From the human T2T-CHM13v2.0 reference genome, Homo sapiens: a stretch of 64,000 nt of DNA. Position numbers and translations under genes: made by a program. Below the pieces are notes generated by a model, which was given only the letters and a program-made list of their open reading frames with translations, ran no database searches and was not told where the DNA came from. Positions 1-12,181 of this stretch are shown one piece after another (the stretch's first letter is position 1; every line of letters starts with the position of its first letter). The DNA lies in the NCBI RefSeq assembly GCF_009914755.1, contig NC_060930.1. One strand, written 5' to 3'.

Positions 1-1720
1 CCTAGTCTCCAAGTGCAGAGCTCCTTCTAGACTCTGCTGTGGTCAAATGACCATTGGGGATCAGTCCAATGACCATACAGGATCGAGTACGTTCACATCT
101 TGAAAAGCAATTGTTAGCGCAACGTCGGCACACTCTCTTTTCTGGCTTCATCTTTCCCCATGGAGGGTCACCAGGTAGCAGAAACACTCCTGGCCTCGCC
201 TGTACTCCTCACTCCCTCTTCCCCAGGAAAGGAAAAAGGAGTGTTTGAAATTTGGGAGCTAAACCTGGTGGTAATGCTCAGCCCTGGTCCTCCCACCTCC
301 TCAACCCTGTTTGCCTGCACTGTACGCTGCCTGGACTGCACCTCCGGGAAATATGTTTGCTAGAGACAGCCCAGCCCCGATCCAGCCCCATGGAGAGGGA
401 GGCCTCAGGTGTCTGCCCTGCACAGGACTAGAGTGAGAGCCAGCACCAACCCTCTGTGTATCTTTGCCACATTCTCCATTATTAGTCTTTTTAGTCACAG
501 TCAACTCTGTCTCAGTTGGTTCAGAACTCAGGCAAGGAGGAGGGGCTATTTATTGGATTCCCTCATCCTGTAACACAAAGCAGTTGATATTTTTGCACAA
601 GGCGCAATGCCTACCACCCCATCAAATTCTGCTCTGTGGGGGACTGCTGACTGTGCTACTCAGAATACCATGAGGCTGCTTCTAGTAAAATTCTTTCCCA
701 GATGACTAGGGGCTCCAGAGAGATTTCATTCAAAACTGTTGGCAAGTCCCCAGGGGGCTTGAGTCCTTCAAGAACCAGAGCTCTTTTAACGTCTCCTGGG
801 GACTGCAGTGGTCTTGTGCTTAGGCTAACCAGCACTGTATGTATTTTATTCTTCTTTCACACTTTTTGTTTATTTCCAACCACTTAATCCTTTTTCCATT
901 AAAATTATGCAAAAGCCTCACTTTCCTCATTCATATGAAAATACTTTTTCTTCTCTTCCACCCCCAGTTTTCTGGTTGTAGTTTTACTCCTAAAATCAGC
1001 AAGACTTGTTTCACATAATGAAAGAAGCTATTATACGTCTTAAAAACTTGCTTTTCATTAGCTTCTAAAACATATACAGATAAAGTGAAAATTCCAAAAC
1101 TTTATGGAGCATTTTAGTTTTATGTGGTCTGGAAGGCACTCACTGGGGTAGTCTTGGAGCACATATGGGCACCTGGGCAGCTGCTTATGCTTAGCTGTGT
1201 CGCACAGACAGATGTGATTATTAGTGTCAATTAGTCTCAACTGGTATGAAACAAGAGACAACGAGATATGGAATACAAAATATTGGCCTACATAATAGGT
1301 TACCTCTTCAGCTTGAGAATAAAAAGGGAGTATATCCCACTGGGACTCTGGCAGCAGTGGTCGACATCCTATTTTTTGACCAGGCTTGAGTTGACAGACT
1401 CAGCCACGGCCTTTACCACCGAGGTTTCTTTCAGGAAAGGAAAGACACCAAGTGAAGGGAAACTATTCAGGCTGGTGGCACCAACAGCAACAGCCACATC
1501 CTCCCCAGAACTAACACAGAATTGCTGTATTTTACACAGTTTTCTCAGGTTAGTGTGATCAACTGGAGAAAAAAAGCTAACAATTATATTTCTGAGGGAT
1601 GGAAATAAAGTTTAAAGGGTGCTGTGCTGAATAAATTAACTTTATAGGAAGGGTACGTCCAGTGATCTTTCGAAGCCCTGAGCTCAGCGAGAAGGCTGGA
1701 AAGCCGGCTCCCTGCAGGAA

Positions 1721-2442
1721 TGAAGCCACCTTTGCGAAAGTATAACTGAGAAAATTATTATAGTGAAAGAGATCTGACCAAACCAACTCCATCTTCCTTC
1801 TCATCTCCAAGCTATCATTGTTCATTCCTGGGCATAGGACAAACTGACTTTGGGAGAAACTTAGTTGATAAAATAACTTTGAAACAAAGACGGTAACAGC
1901 CCTTTTCCAAAACAAACCCCCTTCCTGCCTAGGGACTAGACTGCTTTTGCGGGACACAATAAATTAGCTACAAGATTAGAAATGATGGTTTAGGAGTCAT
2001 GCAGCTGGAGGCTGCAAAATTCTCAACCTTCTGAAATTGCTCCTGGGTATAACATCATTATTGTAAAACCTAAAATCTGTGCTTGAGAGATTTTGCTGAC
2101 CCTGCATTCAATGGATCAGTTGGGACCACCCAGATGGATAAAGTGGCTCATCTGGTCAGAAAATGACTCAGCACAAGAGGGCAGCTTTGATTTCATTTCT
2201 CCCTATGATTTCATTTCTGACCAAACCAATCAGCTCCCCACTTTTCAACTTCTTACCTACCAAATTATCCTTAAAAGTCCCATCCCCGAGTTTTCTGGGA
2301 GACTGACAGAGTAATAATAAAACTCTGGTCTCCCGTACAGCCAGATCTGTGTGAATGAAACTCTTTCTCTATTGCGATTCCCCAGTCTTGATAAATCGGC
2401 TCTGTCTAGGCAATGGGCAAGGAGAACCCATTGGGCAGTATA
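1721..2442 (+). mobile_element. LTR8A-like solo LTR (ERV1)
   Basis: Starts TGAAGCCACCTTTGCGAAAG...GTGAAAGAGATCTGACC and ends ...CCCATTGGGCAGTATA, matching the recalled LTR8/LTR8A consensus termini. Internal AATAAA. Flanks GGAA/GGAT are compatible with a 4-bp ERV1 TSD. Confidence 0.85.
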
Positions 2443-3380
2443 GGATGAGGAACTCAAACTCTTCATCTGATATTTTGCATCATATTCAGAATACTTTCAC
2501 AGCCCCAGGCAAAAAGGAGTGTAACAAAGGCAAAGTGCCCTGTGGCGCTTAAAGCTTCTGTGCCATACACCATCCTGATGGGCTGGGTAGTACCATTCCT
2601 GTAAATTCCCTTGCAGACAACATTAAAAGGCAGGCCACCTACCAATGAACCAAGCTCATTACCAAACATTTCCCAACAATGTTGAAGTTTCTGCTAGTGT
2701 AAAGAGTTTACATACTTCTTTTCCCCTCCAGTGTGGGGAAGCAATTCTCTAAGAAAGAAGTTTAATTTATGAATGTCTGGCTGCCACAAAATAATAAGGA
2801 TTTTCCCCCACTACTGTAGATTAAATTATCTTATGAAATGGATTAGAAAGCAAAGGGTCTGTCTTATTTAAAATAATAAAAAGAAAAAATCTTTCCAAGC
2901 TGATTTGAAAATCTACCTAGAAGTCATTTAGCTGTCTGTTCCTTTTGTTTTAGTATTTCCATCTATCAGGGAATTAGTTTTGTCCATAAATGTAATCAAT
3001 ATGGAATATAAAGTCATCAAATTAAAAAATAGATTTAGAGTTTTCATGATAAAGTGTACCTTTAACTTGAGTTAATACAAATGTAAATTAGATATAGATA
3101 TTTGATGCCTTGCTTATTGCATTTCTTTGGTATGTGACAGAAAAATGATCACAGTGCTTATTTTAATTAAAAATTTGTTCTCTTTCTAGAATTATTGTGA
3201 TATTTATGGACTGTAAGAGAGAATTTCTGATGTATACAAGAACACAATATCCTCTTTCATTCTGGAAATCAAAAGGAAGATCAAAGGAGTCTTAACTGAG
3301 TTACTAGTCAATCACTTTTTAAAAAAAGACAAAAAATAAGGTGTCAGGTGTAACAGAGAGGTCTAAGAAGTCAGTGGAGG

Positions 3381-3441
3381 TATACACATACTAAGTACCC
3401 ACAAAAATTTTAAAAACTACAACAACAATAACAACAACAAA
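3381..3441 (+). mobile_element. Extremely 5'-truncated L1 (L1PB/L1MA-type 3' end) with decayed poly(A) tail
   Basis: TATACACATACTAAGTACCCACAAAAATT resembles an old primate L1 3' terminus. It is followed by an (AAC)n tail and flanked by a perfect 13-bp TSD AAGTCAGTGGAGG (3368-3380 / 3442-3454). Confidence 0.75.
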
Positions 3442-5439
3442 AAGTCAGTGGAGGAATTGGGAGAAGTTGGAAAAAAGAAAAGCCAAAATAAGAATTTCTG
3501 GTGAGAAGAGAGGCAGAGCCAAGGATAGAAGGAACTCCTTACTATGATGTAAATGTGGTGGGTTAATCAGAAAATTGATGCATGTTTTATTATTTTTAAA
3601 AAAATTTAAACATACACTTATATAGCAATCTTTTAATGGAAGATCAAAGCCTGTTTTATTTTTTAAAGCATAGATCTACTTCTTGGAGTGTCCAGTCATC
3701 ATTCTTTTAAATCAGTCTTTCTAGTTTCTGGTTTCAATTTCTTTAAAGTAAAACTAGGACATAAGGACAGTAACAATGCAATCTGAAGTCAGAATTGGTT
3801 TCGAGTTTTAGATTCTTTCATTTTTATAGTAATTCTGCATGCAAATAGCTCAACAATAGTTTTCTAATAAGCCTGCTTTATTAAATCTTTGCAAATCACT
3901 CAACTTAGTTTTTTGTAGAAACACTTCTTTTTTCATTGATGGTTCCCTGGCTTACTTGATTTTTTTAATTAAATTAAGAAATCCATATTAAGCACAACTA
4001 GTAAAAACAGGTCTGCAAAGGAACACAACTGACTTGTTAAAACACACAATTAAACCGGAGGGAGGAGAAATGCTGAAGCTCTCTAGTCTCAAATATTTAG
4101 CATGCTATGGACATCACTAGGGATGTATTTCAGAGGAACTGAAGGATGTTGGTTAACTTGTGAGCCTCTTCTATATACATTGCTAGGAGAACATTTTTTA
4201 TGCTACTAAATTTAGATAACTCAAATTCAATAGTGTTTACTCTCGGAAAAATAATATATTCTAAATGGACATCTTTAACCAAAAAGTTAAATTCATTTAA
4301 ACATAGGCCAGTGAACAGATATTAAAAAGTGTATATTGCAATCTACTTTATTTAGGTATTCCAAAGATGTCATATAACTATCTCTCAATAGCTAAGATGA
4401 TTCAGTTCTTAAACCTGGCTAACGCATTAGATAGAGAGGGACATCAGTGTCATCTCAAAAATTATCTGAATCTTGAGTTTTATACCATCTATTCTCATTA
4501 ATCTCTCTCGACCCACTTTTTACTACTAAAACAAGTAAAATTTTTTTTAAAAAAACTTTCATATTAGGCATAATAATAACAACAATGACATTTACAAAAT
4601 TACTTCCATGGCATAAAGTACTTTCTCCAGTATTATTTATTTCATTAGCATTGATTGAATGTCTGTTATATGCCAGTTTGACATGTGAATTTTTTTTAGC
4701 CTGTCTTAAGATATCTTGGTGGGGGGGCCACAGTTCATCAATGCCAGAGGAGCAAGTAAAAAACTATTAACTTCAGTAGCTGCTTCTTGTGACAACTGGT
4801 AGGGTCCCGCAGGAAGGAGAATCTTTCCTCCAAGGTGGCTCACCTCCAATCTCAGAGGGAAAAAGCATAGTCTTTTTGAGAGGGGTTCTAACTCTTGGCT
4901 GTGAGCAATGAGGGATGCTTGGAGTCAGCTAATTAGGAGGCTTAAAATTTGGAAAACCCAAATTCCCTGACCCAAACTAACCAGACTGTTGGGTGCAAAG
5001 TTAGGGATTCACTCAGGTTAGGGCATTTATCTACAGATTGATCATCCATAAAAATGGTATCTGGATCAGGCTAGGAAATGCATGTCAGTTTTGAAAGACA
5101 CGACTCATCTTGCTGTTATTGTATGTGAGAGAGTTGCATATTAGTTAAGGATAGTCTTTGAAGGTTTATAAATGGGAAGAAAGTACATTTGGATTCTGTC
5201 TGTCCTCCCTGGAAGAGGTGGTAGACACGTGGATTTCGCCTGCCTGGCATGTCTTCCGGCAGCTACATCTTTCCCTGCCCTTAGTTCGTTTGATTCAAGT
5301 GGGCTTGTCTCATCTCCCAGGTCCAAGTGTGGGCGCCTGACCTAGGCACTGCCATTCAGATCTCTCATGTCTTCATGGCGTCTGTTGGCTTGGACATATG
5401 GTTTTGGCTAAGCCAGGAAAATATAGATAGGGAACTACC

Positions 5440-5673
5440 TGTGCTCATCTCTGCTACCACCTGGGGAGAGAGTCTATTTGAGAGCAGTAAACATGGCATG
5501 AGAGCCGAGTGAAGGGAAGACAGACAGCTTCAAGACGTCATTTGAGGACATGCACCCAGGCAGGCCAACAGCCAAGGCTGCCCGAAATGACTCAGCTGCA
5601 CAAATAATTCTCTTTTTTGTTAAAGCTAACTTTAGTTGGATTCTATTACAATGGAGATCATCCTGACTAATAA
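5440..5673 (+). mobile_element. MLT1K/L-type MaLR LTR, 3' fragment
   Basis: Ends ...TTTTTTGTTAAAGCTAACTTTAGTTGGATTCT...TCCTGACTAATA, resembling the MLT1K 3' terminus. Confidence 0.6.
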
Positions 5674-6637
5674 AACCAGACTGGAAGCAGAAGTAGGGGT
5701 AAGACCTAGAATCTGTCCTTGCCAACCTGCATATCATTTATCCTTATAGCCAACCCAGGAGTGAGTAGAATTGGTTAGATTTTGTTTCTGTGACATTTTG
5801 TCAATAAGAAAAAAAAATTCAAAGATGGGAAGCCAATGGTCCAATATTAGATGGTTAATATTTGGCAGAGCAGTGACTAAAACCCAAGTATTCTGACTCT
5901 ACTTCCTACTATAATTGTGCAAAATATATGATTGATGATGTTTCAAAATCTTACGGAATAATCTCAGGACTAATTTCCTCAATAAATAGCCAAAAAAAAA
6001 AAAAATGAATTACGGAAACATACTAACCGATATTTGGGGATGTAGATGCTTAACTTAAACCACAGATACCATTCAACTTGTCAACCATGATCTGAAACGC
6101 ACTTGACAAAGGTATGTTCAGGTAAACTCATGGAAATCAGTTGGAATTATTGGTCTCATTTAATCATTGGGATAAATGATAACATTACTGAATTTCCAAA
6201 TTCCTGAAAATCACTGTAGTCATTATAGCAATCATTTCAAAACATTCAACTTAAACGTTTATAAAATGAAAATTCTTACTAAGATTTTTTATAGAGCATA
6301 ATCCTATAAAGCAGTTTGATTGATTTGGTTTTATCCCCATTCAACTATTTTGCAGTTTCATTCAATTTATATTATGTTAGATGGATGTTAATGTCCTAGC
6401 TATATGTGCATTTGGCATTGTTGCCTAATTAAAACTTCCCTTAATTTATCAATGAAATCACAATAAAGTGTCCATCACTTTGTATTGCATGGACACGGGG
6501 TTTAAGAGCAGAATAATGGCACTGTGCCCTCTTCAAAGTCATTATACAGATGAAATCATGCCAACATGTCCAGTAGAAACAGTCTTGAAAAGGGAAATAA
6601 GTTAGAAAAGGCCGCTGTCTCAGCCATGCCAGCGCAG

Positions 6638-7364
6638 GTGGCGGAGGAGGCGGCGTATCAGTGACAGTGGTGACTGCGTGTGCATGCGTGGCGGAGGAGG
6701 TGGCGTATCAGTGACAGTGGTCACTGCGTGTGCGTGCGTGGCGGAGGAGGTGGAGTATCAGTGACAGTGGTGACTGCGTGTGCATGCGTGGCGGAGGAGG
6801 CGGCGTATCAGTGACAGTGGTGACTGCGTGTGCGTGCGTGGCGGAGGAGGCGGCGTATCAGTGACAGTGGTGACTGCGTGTGCATGCGTGGCGGAGGAGG
6901 CGGCGTATCAGTGACAGTGGTGACTGCGTGTGCGTGCGTGGCGGAGGAGGTGGCGTATCAGTGACAGTGGTCACTGCGTGTGCGTGCGTGGCGGAGGAGG
7001 TGGCGTATCAGTGACAGTGGTGACTGCGTGTGCGTGCGTGGCGGAGGAGGTGGCGTATGAGTGACAGTGGTGACTGCGTGTGCGTGCGTGGCGGAGGAGG
7101 TGGCGTATCAGTGACAGTGGTCACTGCGTGTGCGTGCGTGGTGGAGGAGGCGGCGTATCAGTGACAGTGGTGACTGCGTGTGCATGCGTGGTGGAGGAGG
7201 TGGCGTATGAGTGACAGTGGTGACTGCGTGTGCGTGCGTGGCGGAGGAGGTGGCGTGTCAGTGAGAGTGGTGACTGCGTGTGCGTGCGTGGCGGAGGAGG
7301 TGGTGTATCAGTGACAGTAGTCACTGCGTTCATACGCGTGGAGGAGGCGAAACGTCAGTGACAG
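6638..7364. repeat. 50-bp GC/CpG-rich minisatellite (VNTR), ~14.5 copies
   Basis: Unit GTGACAGTGGT(G/C)ACTGCGTGTGC(G/A)TGCGTGGCGGAGGAGG(T/C)GGCGTATCA starts every 50 bp from 6661 to 7311. Confidence 0.98.
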
Positions 7365-10300
7365 GGCTCATTGTATGGATGGGTGGTGTTTGATGCAGCC
7401 TCCTAAGCCATGGATGCATTTACAAATAGCCCCTATTGGTTAAGCACAGTGGGACCCTGGGAGTTGAATGCCACAACCCAAACAGGATTGGGATCTTGAG
7501 TTTAGGATCTTCAGACTCCTTTAGTTCTGGTCCCCTACAATTTGTACTGATGGTTCCATTGCTGTTCTAGAATCCTGGGCACTTTTAAAAAATTCATACT
7601 AAATTTGGCCCCTGTAGGAAAGAAAGTACATTTATCTGTTTCAAATTTATTTTTGATAAAACACTTAATTTCCTATTGGCTCTGAACTACAATAAGATCA
7701 GTGGCAATCAAGTGGAAATATGAGACATTGAATGTTGATATTTTTCTCTCTGAAGGAAATTGTGCTCATAATGTAATATGGTGCAGGGGAAATTGTATTA
7801 ATAGTAACAGGTTGTGGAAGGTGTCCTACACCTGTCCCCAACTAGCTGTGTAACCCAGAGTGATTCACCGAACCCTTCCCTGAGATGTACATCCTTACCT
7901 ATAAGGATTTCCATTCAGAGCCTTTTCAAATATTGTTTCCAACTGTTATCTTCTGAACAGTATGCAGAACATACAAAATAAGAGAGGGTCTGATAGGGCA
8001 TGACAGGGGCAGAGCAAAAACTGGTTAATAGCATCTCGTCGACAGGCGTGGCTCTCTGCCCCTGCTCACCCTGCAGTGGCTTCTTCAGTCAGGGCTGAGG
8101 TCTCTGAGCAGCCATCGTGCAGAGTGTGTGAAGTCAATAAATATTTAAAAACAGAGCATAGTAAGCAGAGATGACAAGTGCAGCCACCACCACAGCTCAG
8201 TCAATTAAATCCTGCTGCCAGCACAAACTGCCTGTGTTTAAAAGTGCAACTGGGTATGGGCCCATACTCAGAGAGTATATTCCTTGTCAACATTTTTTTT
8301 TTCAATAGAAATAGTAAGAGTTTTCAGATTTGGGCTGTGCTGATACAAACATGCTCAAAATCCCATTGAGAAAAACATATTAGTCATCTAAATGAAGAAG
8401 TTTGCTAATGTTCTAAATCTTTCTATCCTGGGATATAATTTTGTTTTATTGAGTTTCTTCAGTGTTAAGCATATTGTGTCACAGAAGTGCTTTTAGCATT
8501 AGGAAAAGAATCATGTTTTAATTTTAATCCTTTCAGATAATTTATTAAAATAAGAGCATGCAAAGAGCCCAGTTAAAGTGAGCAATAAAGGCCTAGATAT
8601 TTTCGTGCTTCTGAGAAATTTAGTACGGTATGAGATTTGCTGGAATAAAATCAATAGAATTGGTTTTATGGCTATAGCATTGCTATTTCATCTCTTTGTT
8701 TACTTGGGCATTTATTACTGGTGTATGATGCACAGAATGGGTAGAAATGCTGAAATCTGGTCTTTTGGCTCTCTTCCAGCCAGGGATTATTCAGGTGGAG
8801 ACAAAACAAGCTTGCTTCTCCAGTAAAAGATCTGATAGCCTTGAGATGCCCAAGGACAGTGGCCAGAAGTAATTGTAGTTTTGCCTTATTATTTTTTTAA
8901 ACTCACACAGATATGGATTGTACAGAAATGCATTTTCATATTCTGAAAGTGTAATAAAAGCCTCAAAGTCAACAGCTCAGTAGTATGTAGACAAAGCTTT
9001 GATCCATAAGGGAGGTCTTACTGAGTATATATCCCTTCTGCCCATTATCCCAGTATATAAGCCATCAATAGATTGGGGGCAAGGGTGTGTGTCCATCAGA
9101 GTTTAATGAAACAGTAGGGAGGAGAACAAACACCTAGGCTCATGTTTATAGGGGCCAGGGATAGTCTGTGGACTTTCCTGCAACTGTCCATGGAGCCAGC
9201 CCTATAGTTCTTAATTGCCAATGTGGATTCTCACAAAATTAAACAGTATTATTCTGTCTTCACTATTAAGAGTAGCCATAGTAAATCACCTCCTCTCCAG
9301 TTTTCTGTTTTAACTGTGAGGTGTAGTTCATTCTCTGGATAGGGATGGCTTCTGTTTGCCTTTGTAATTCGTTGCAGAAAACCTATTATTTGCATTTCAA
9401 GCTTAGGTTCAAGTGTCTGCAGTAGATCAACAGCATAATTCTTTGTACTAAACTTAAGCATTCAAGCCCAGTCTAGAACACATTTCACAGAATGTCACAG
9501 TGTCCTAGAGCCAAAAACACAGCCATAGAGTCAACCATGAACTTGGAAAATCCTCCAGAGTATGCAGAGCTATCAAGGGCAACGTCTCTTAGGAATAAAG
9601 CAATTAATTCAGAAATTAAATTTTCTACTTTACTCTTTCTGCAAGACCTTAGTCACATATATGACTTTCTTCAGGGATCCTTAAAACTATATTAGCCATC
9701 TGTGAGTTTGCAAGTAGCTAAATACACCACCTGTAATTATTAGTTTAATTATTATAACATAGTATCCTCACAAAGCATTGCTACATTTGTCAAATGTGCT
9801 GAAATCAGTTCTAACCAGAGAAAGTGTTGAAAAGACAGTGAGACAATTCTTCTCAAAATTGGAGGAACATAAAAGAGGCCCAGCTGACTCACATCAGTAC
9901 ATTTGCATGACTGACCCCCTCTCTCATATGGTCTCCTTATGGTGAGCGCCGTTCACAATGCACCCTCCTGGCCTCTTGCTTGCCTTAGGGCTGAGTGCAC
10001 CTGTGCTGAGAACCAGGGCCATTCAACTCATTATTGTCATGATGCAACAGTGAAGAAGTACTTGAAACAGTAAGGATGCTTCTCTGGCTTAAAGAAAATA
10101 TTGAGGGATTAATGGTGTTGATTGCTTCTCTGTTTGCAACATGACTGTATATAAAATAAAAGAAGTACGTGTTTGATTTTACCCAATGGCTGACAAGCAT
10201 TTGGGACATACTTCTTAAGCTGCTTATATAAACCAGGTTCAGAATGGTTTAGAGACGTAGTTCATGGACCTATTTCCTATGAAAAGGACATAAGAGACTT

Positions 10301-10391
10301 TTGTGTTTTATTTCTCACCTTCTGAAGTAATATATTTCAAGGCTTTTAATCAGAAAGAATGAATTAAATGACTAAAATGCCAGACCCAAAG

Positions 10392-10930
10392 TATGGCCAA
10401 CTGTATCTTCCAAAGATGGCTGTCACATATTTATCATTTGAATGTTCTTCTCACAGTGTCAGGTTGACACTCCACCACTGAGTGGTAGGGACAATGTTGT
10501 CTCTCCCCAAGCTCAGGCAGAACACTGTGAGTGTCTCAACCAACAGGGTACAGTGACACTATGTGACTTTGAAGGCTAAGGTCATAAACATGTCATGCAC
10601 TTCCACCTTGTTTCCTTGACAGGACCCAACTTGGAAGTCAGCCACCATGTTGTGAGGAAGCCCAAGCCACATGGAAGGGTCGCTGCAGGTGTGCCAGCCC
10701 AGAGTCTCAGCTGAGGCCTCAGAAGACAGCCAACATCTACTGTGATGACGCCCAGATCATACCAGTCCCCAGAGGTCAAGTTATCTCAACCTACAGGTCG
10801 TTCCAGATGATAACCCAGTAATTTTGCAACAAAGGCAAGCCAGCTCCTATGTTCTGCTTATATGCCTGACCCACAGAGTCCACGAGCATAATGCAATATT
10901 TGTTTATGTCAGCTGTGGTATAGTTTTTTA
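10392..10930 (+). mobile_element. MLT1G/H-type MaLR LTR
   Basis: Diagnostic blocks CCAAAGATGGC, GTGACTTTGAAGGCTAAGGTCATAAA, GCCACCATGTTGTGAGGAAGCCCAAGCCACATGG and CCTGACCCACAGAGTCC. Confidence 0.75.
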
Positions 10931-11191
10931 CTAACTTTTCTTTATGAGTTTGTACAGGGAGAGAGAATTAAGGGACTCAGATGCCAGACCCTAAAGATAA
11001 GGTGCTTTGTTACGATAAGGAATTCTCTTTCCAGACATTTATAATTTAAGGTATGTTGATGTATTTAGTGCCTGAATGTCTTAGCATGGTATTTCCATGT
11101 GTTTTATACAGTTTGTCTTTCTCTACTCCCCAGCACTACAACGAACATATGTACAAACTTGTGTCACCAGAAATTGTAAGTGACATCTGCA

Positions 11192-11285
11192 AAGAGAGAG
11201 ATTGAGAGAAAGAGAAAGAGAGAGAGAGAGAAGACTAACAGAGACAGGGAGAGAGAGGCAGAGAGAAATGGAGACCGAGAGAGAT
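11192..11285. repeat. Imperfect (GA)n / purine-rich low-complexity tract
   Basis: AGAGAGAG runs read directly from the sequence. Confidence 0.9.
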
Positions 11286-12040
11286 TGATTTATTCTGTAA
11301 ACATCCACATCACTTTACTTAACCTCTTTTGGTACTCGGCCTTTCAATTTTGTAATACGGCCAATGAGGAATTTCGGCAAATCTCATATCTAGGAGACCT
11401 AGGAGCTTGTGAAGTCCTTGTCCATCAGTGGCTGTGCATTCACTGGCTCCTGGCATGGTGTCTGGTCTTGAGTGTAGACAGTCAGCCTTGGAGAATGTTT
11501 ACTAAATGCACAGTGAAGGGAGCATGTGCATCTCACCTTCCTGGCTACCTTAGTTCTCATGATATCCTCAGAGGAGCTCTTTCTAATAATGGTTATTTGT
11601 CATTTCCAAGGGTGTGCTACATTTTGCATTTATTTAACATCCTGAAATTGTTACATAATACGTTTATTATATTATAATCTCCTTTGTGTCTCTGGTAATA
11701 TGCACTTTTGTTAAATTTTCATATGTATCATTGCTTTATCTAATAGATCACATTTAGGACAAGCAATGGATTAAGACTGCCTTATCAGGGAAATCTAATG
11801 CTTGTCTTTAAGAAGAGAGGTTTAGCTTCAATTAAGACATATACATCTAAGATTTATCACTGCAAGTAGATACTTAATGTCTGTGTTTGGAATGTACTAA
11901 TTAGGTTCCAATTAGCAGGGTCAAAATATGTAAATCAAAAGCACTTCATCCCCTTTGGTGTCTCTTTCTCTCCCATAACTAATTATCTGTACTCTTCTTG
12001 GTCCCAGCAAACACCACGGACCATGTCTTTAAGTCTCTAA

Positions 12041-12181
12041 TATGGTTTCTTCAAGTATGGGCCAGGTGCTGTCAACCTGTATGTTCCTCCTGAATAAGTC
12101 CCTGAGGGTGGGGGCAGAGGGTCTGCATTTTACCAAGAAGACCAAGTAATCTCACTGGAAAATATAGCTTGAGAAATACTA
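12041..12181. mobile_element. MER5-family (hAT-Charlie) fragment
   Basis: GGTTTCTTCAAGTATGG...GAGGGTGGGGGC...TCTGCATTTTACCAAG...TTGAGAAATACT resembles MER5A/B. Confidence 0.5.

Noticed and set aside
6638-7364. CRISPR-like or coding interpretation of the 50-bp array (ORF 7121-7333)
   Set aside because: No unique spacers, no cas genes, and a eukaryotic context. The unit length is not a multiple of 3 and stop codons recur.
7915-8135. Possible MER117-like hAT fragment (also ~26360-26520) and a MER96-like end at ~46530-46591
   Set aside because: Similarity is too degenerate to assign from memory; needs RepeatMasker.
11180-11677. 165-aa ORF with an ER-rich N-terminus
   Set aside because: GTG start. 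The N-terminus is the (GA)n tract and the remainder has no recognisable homology.
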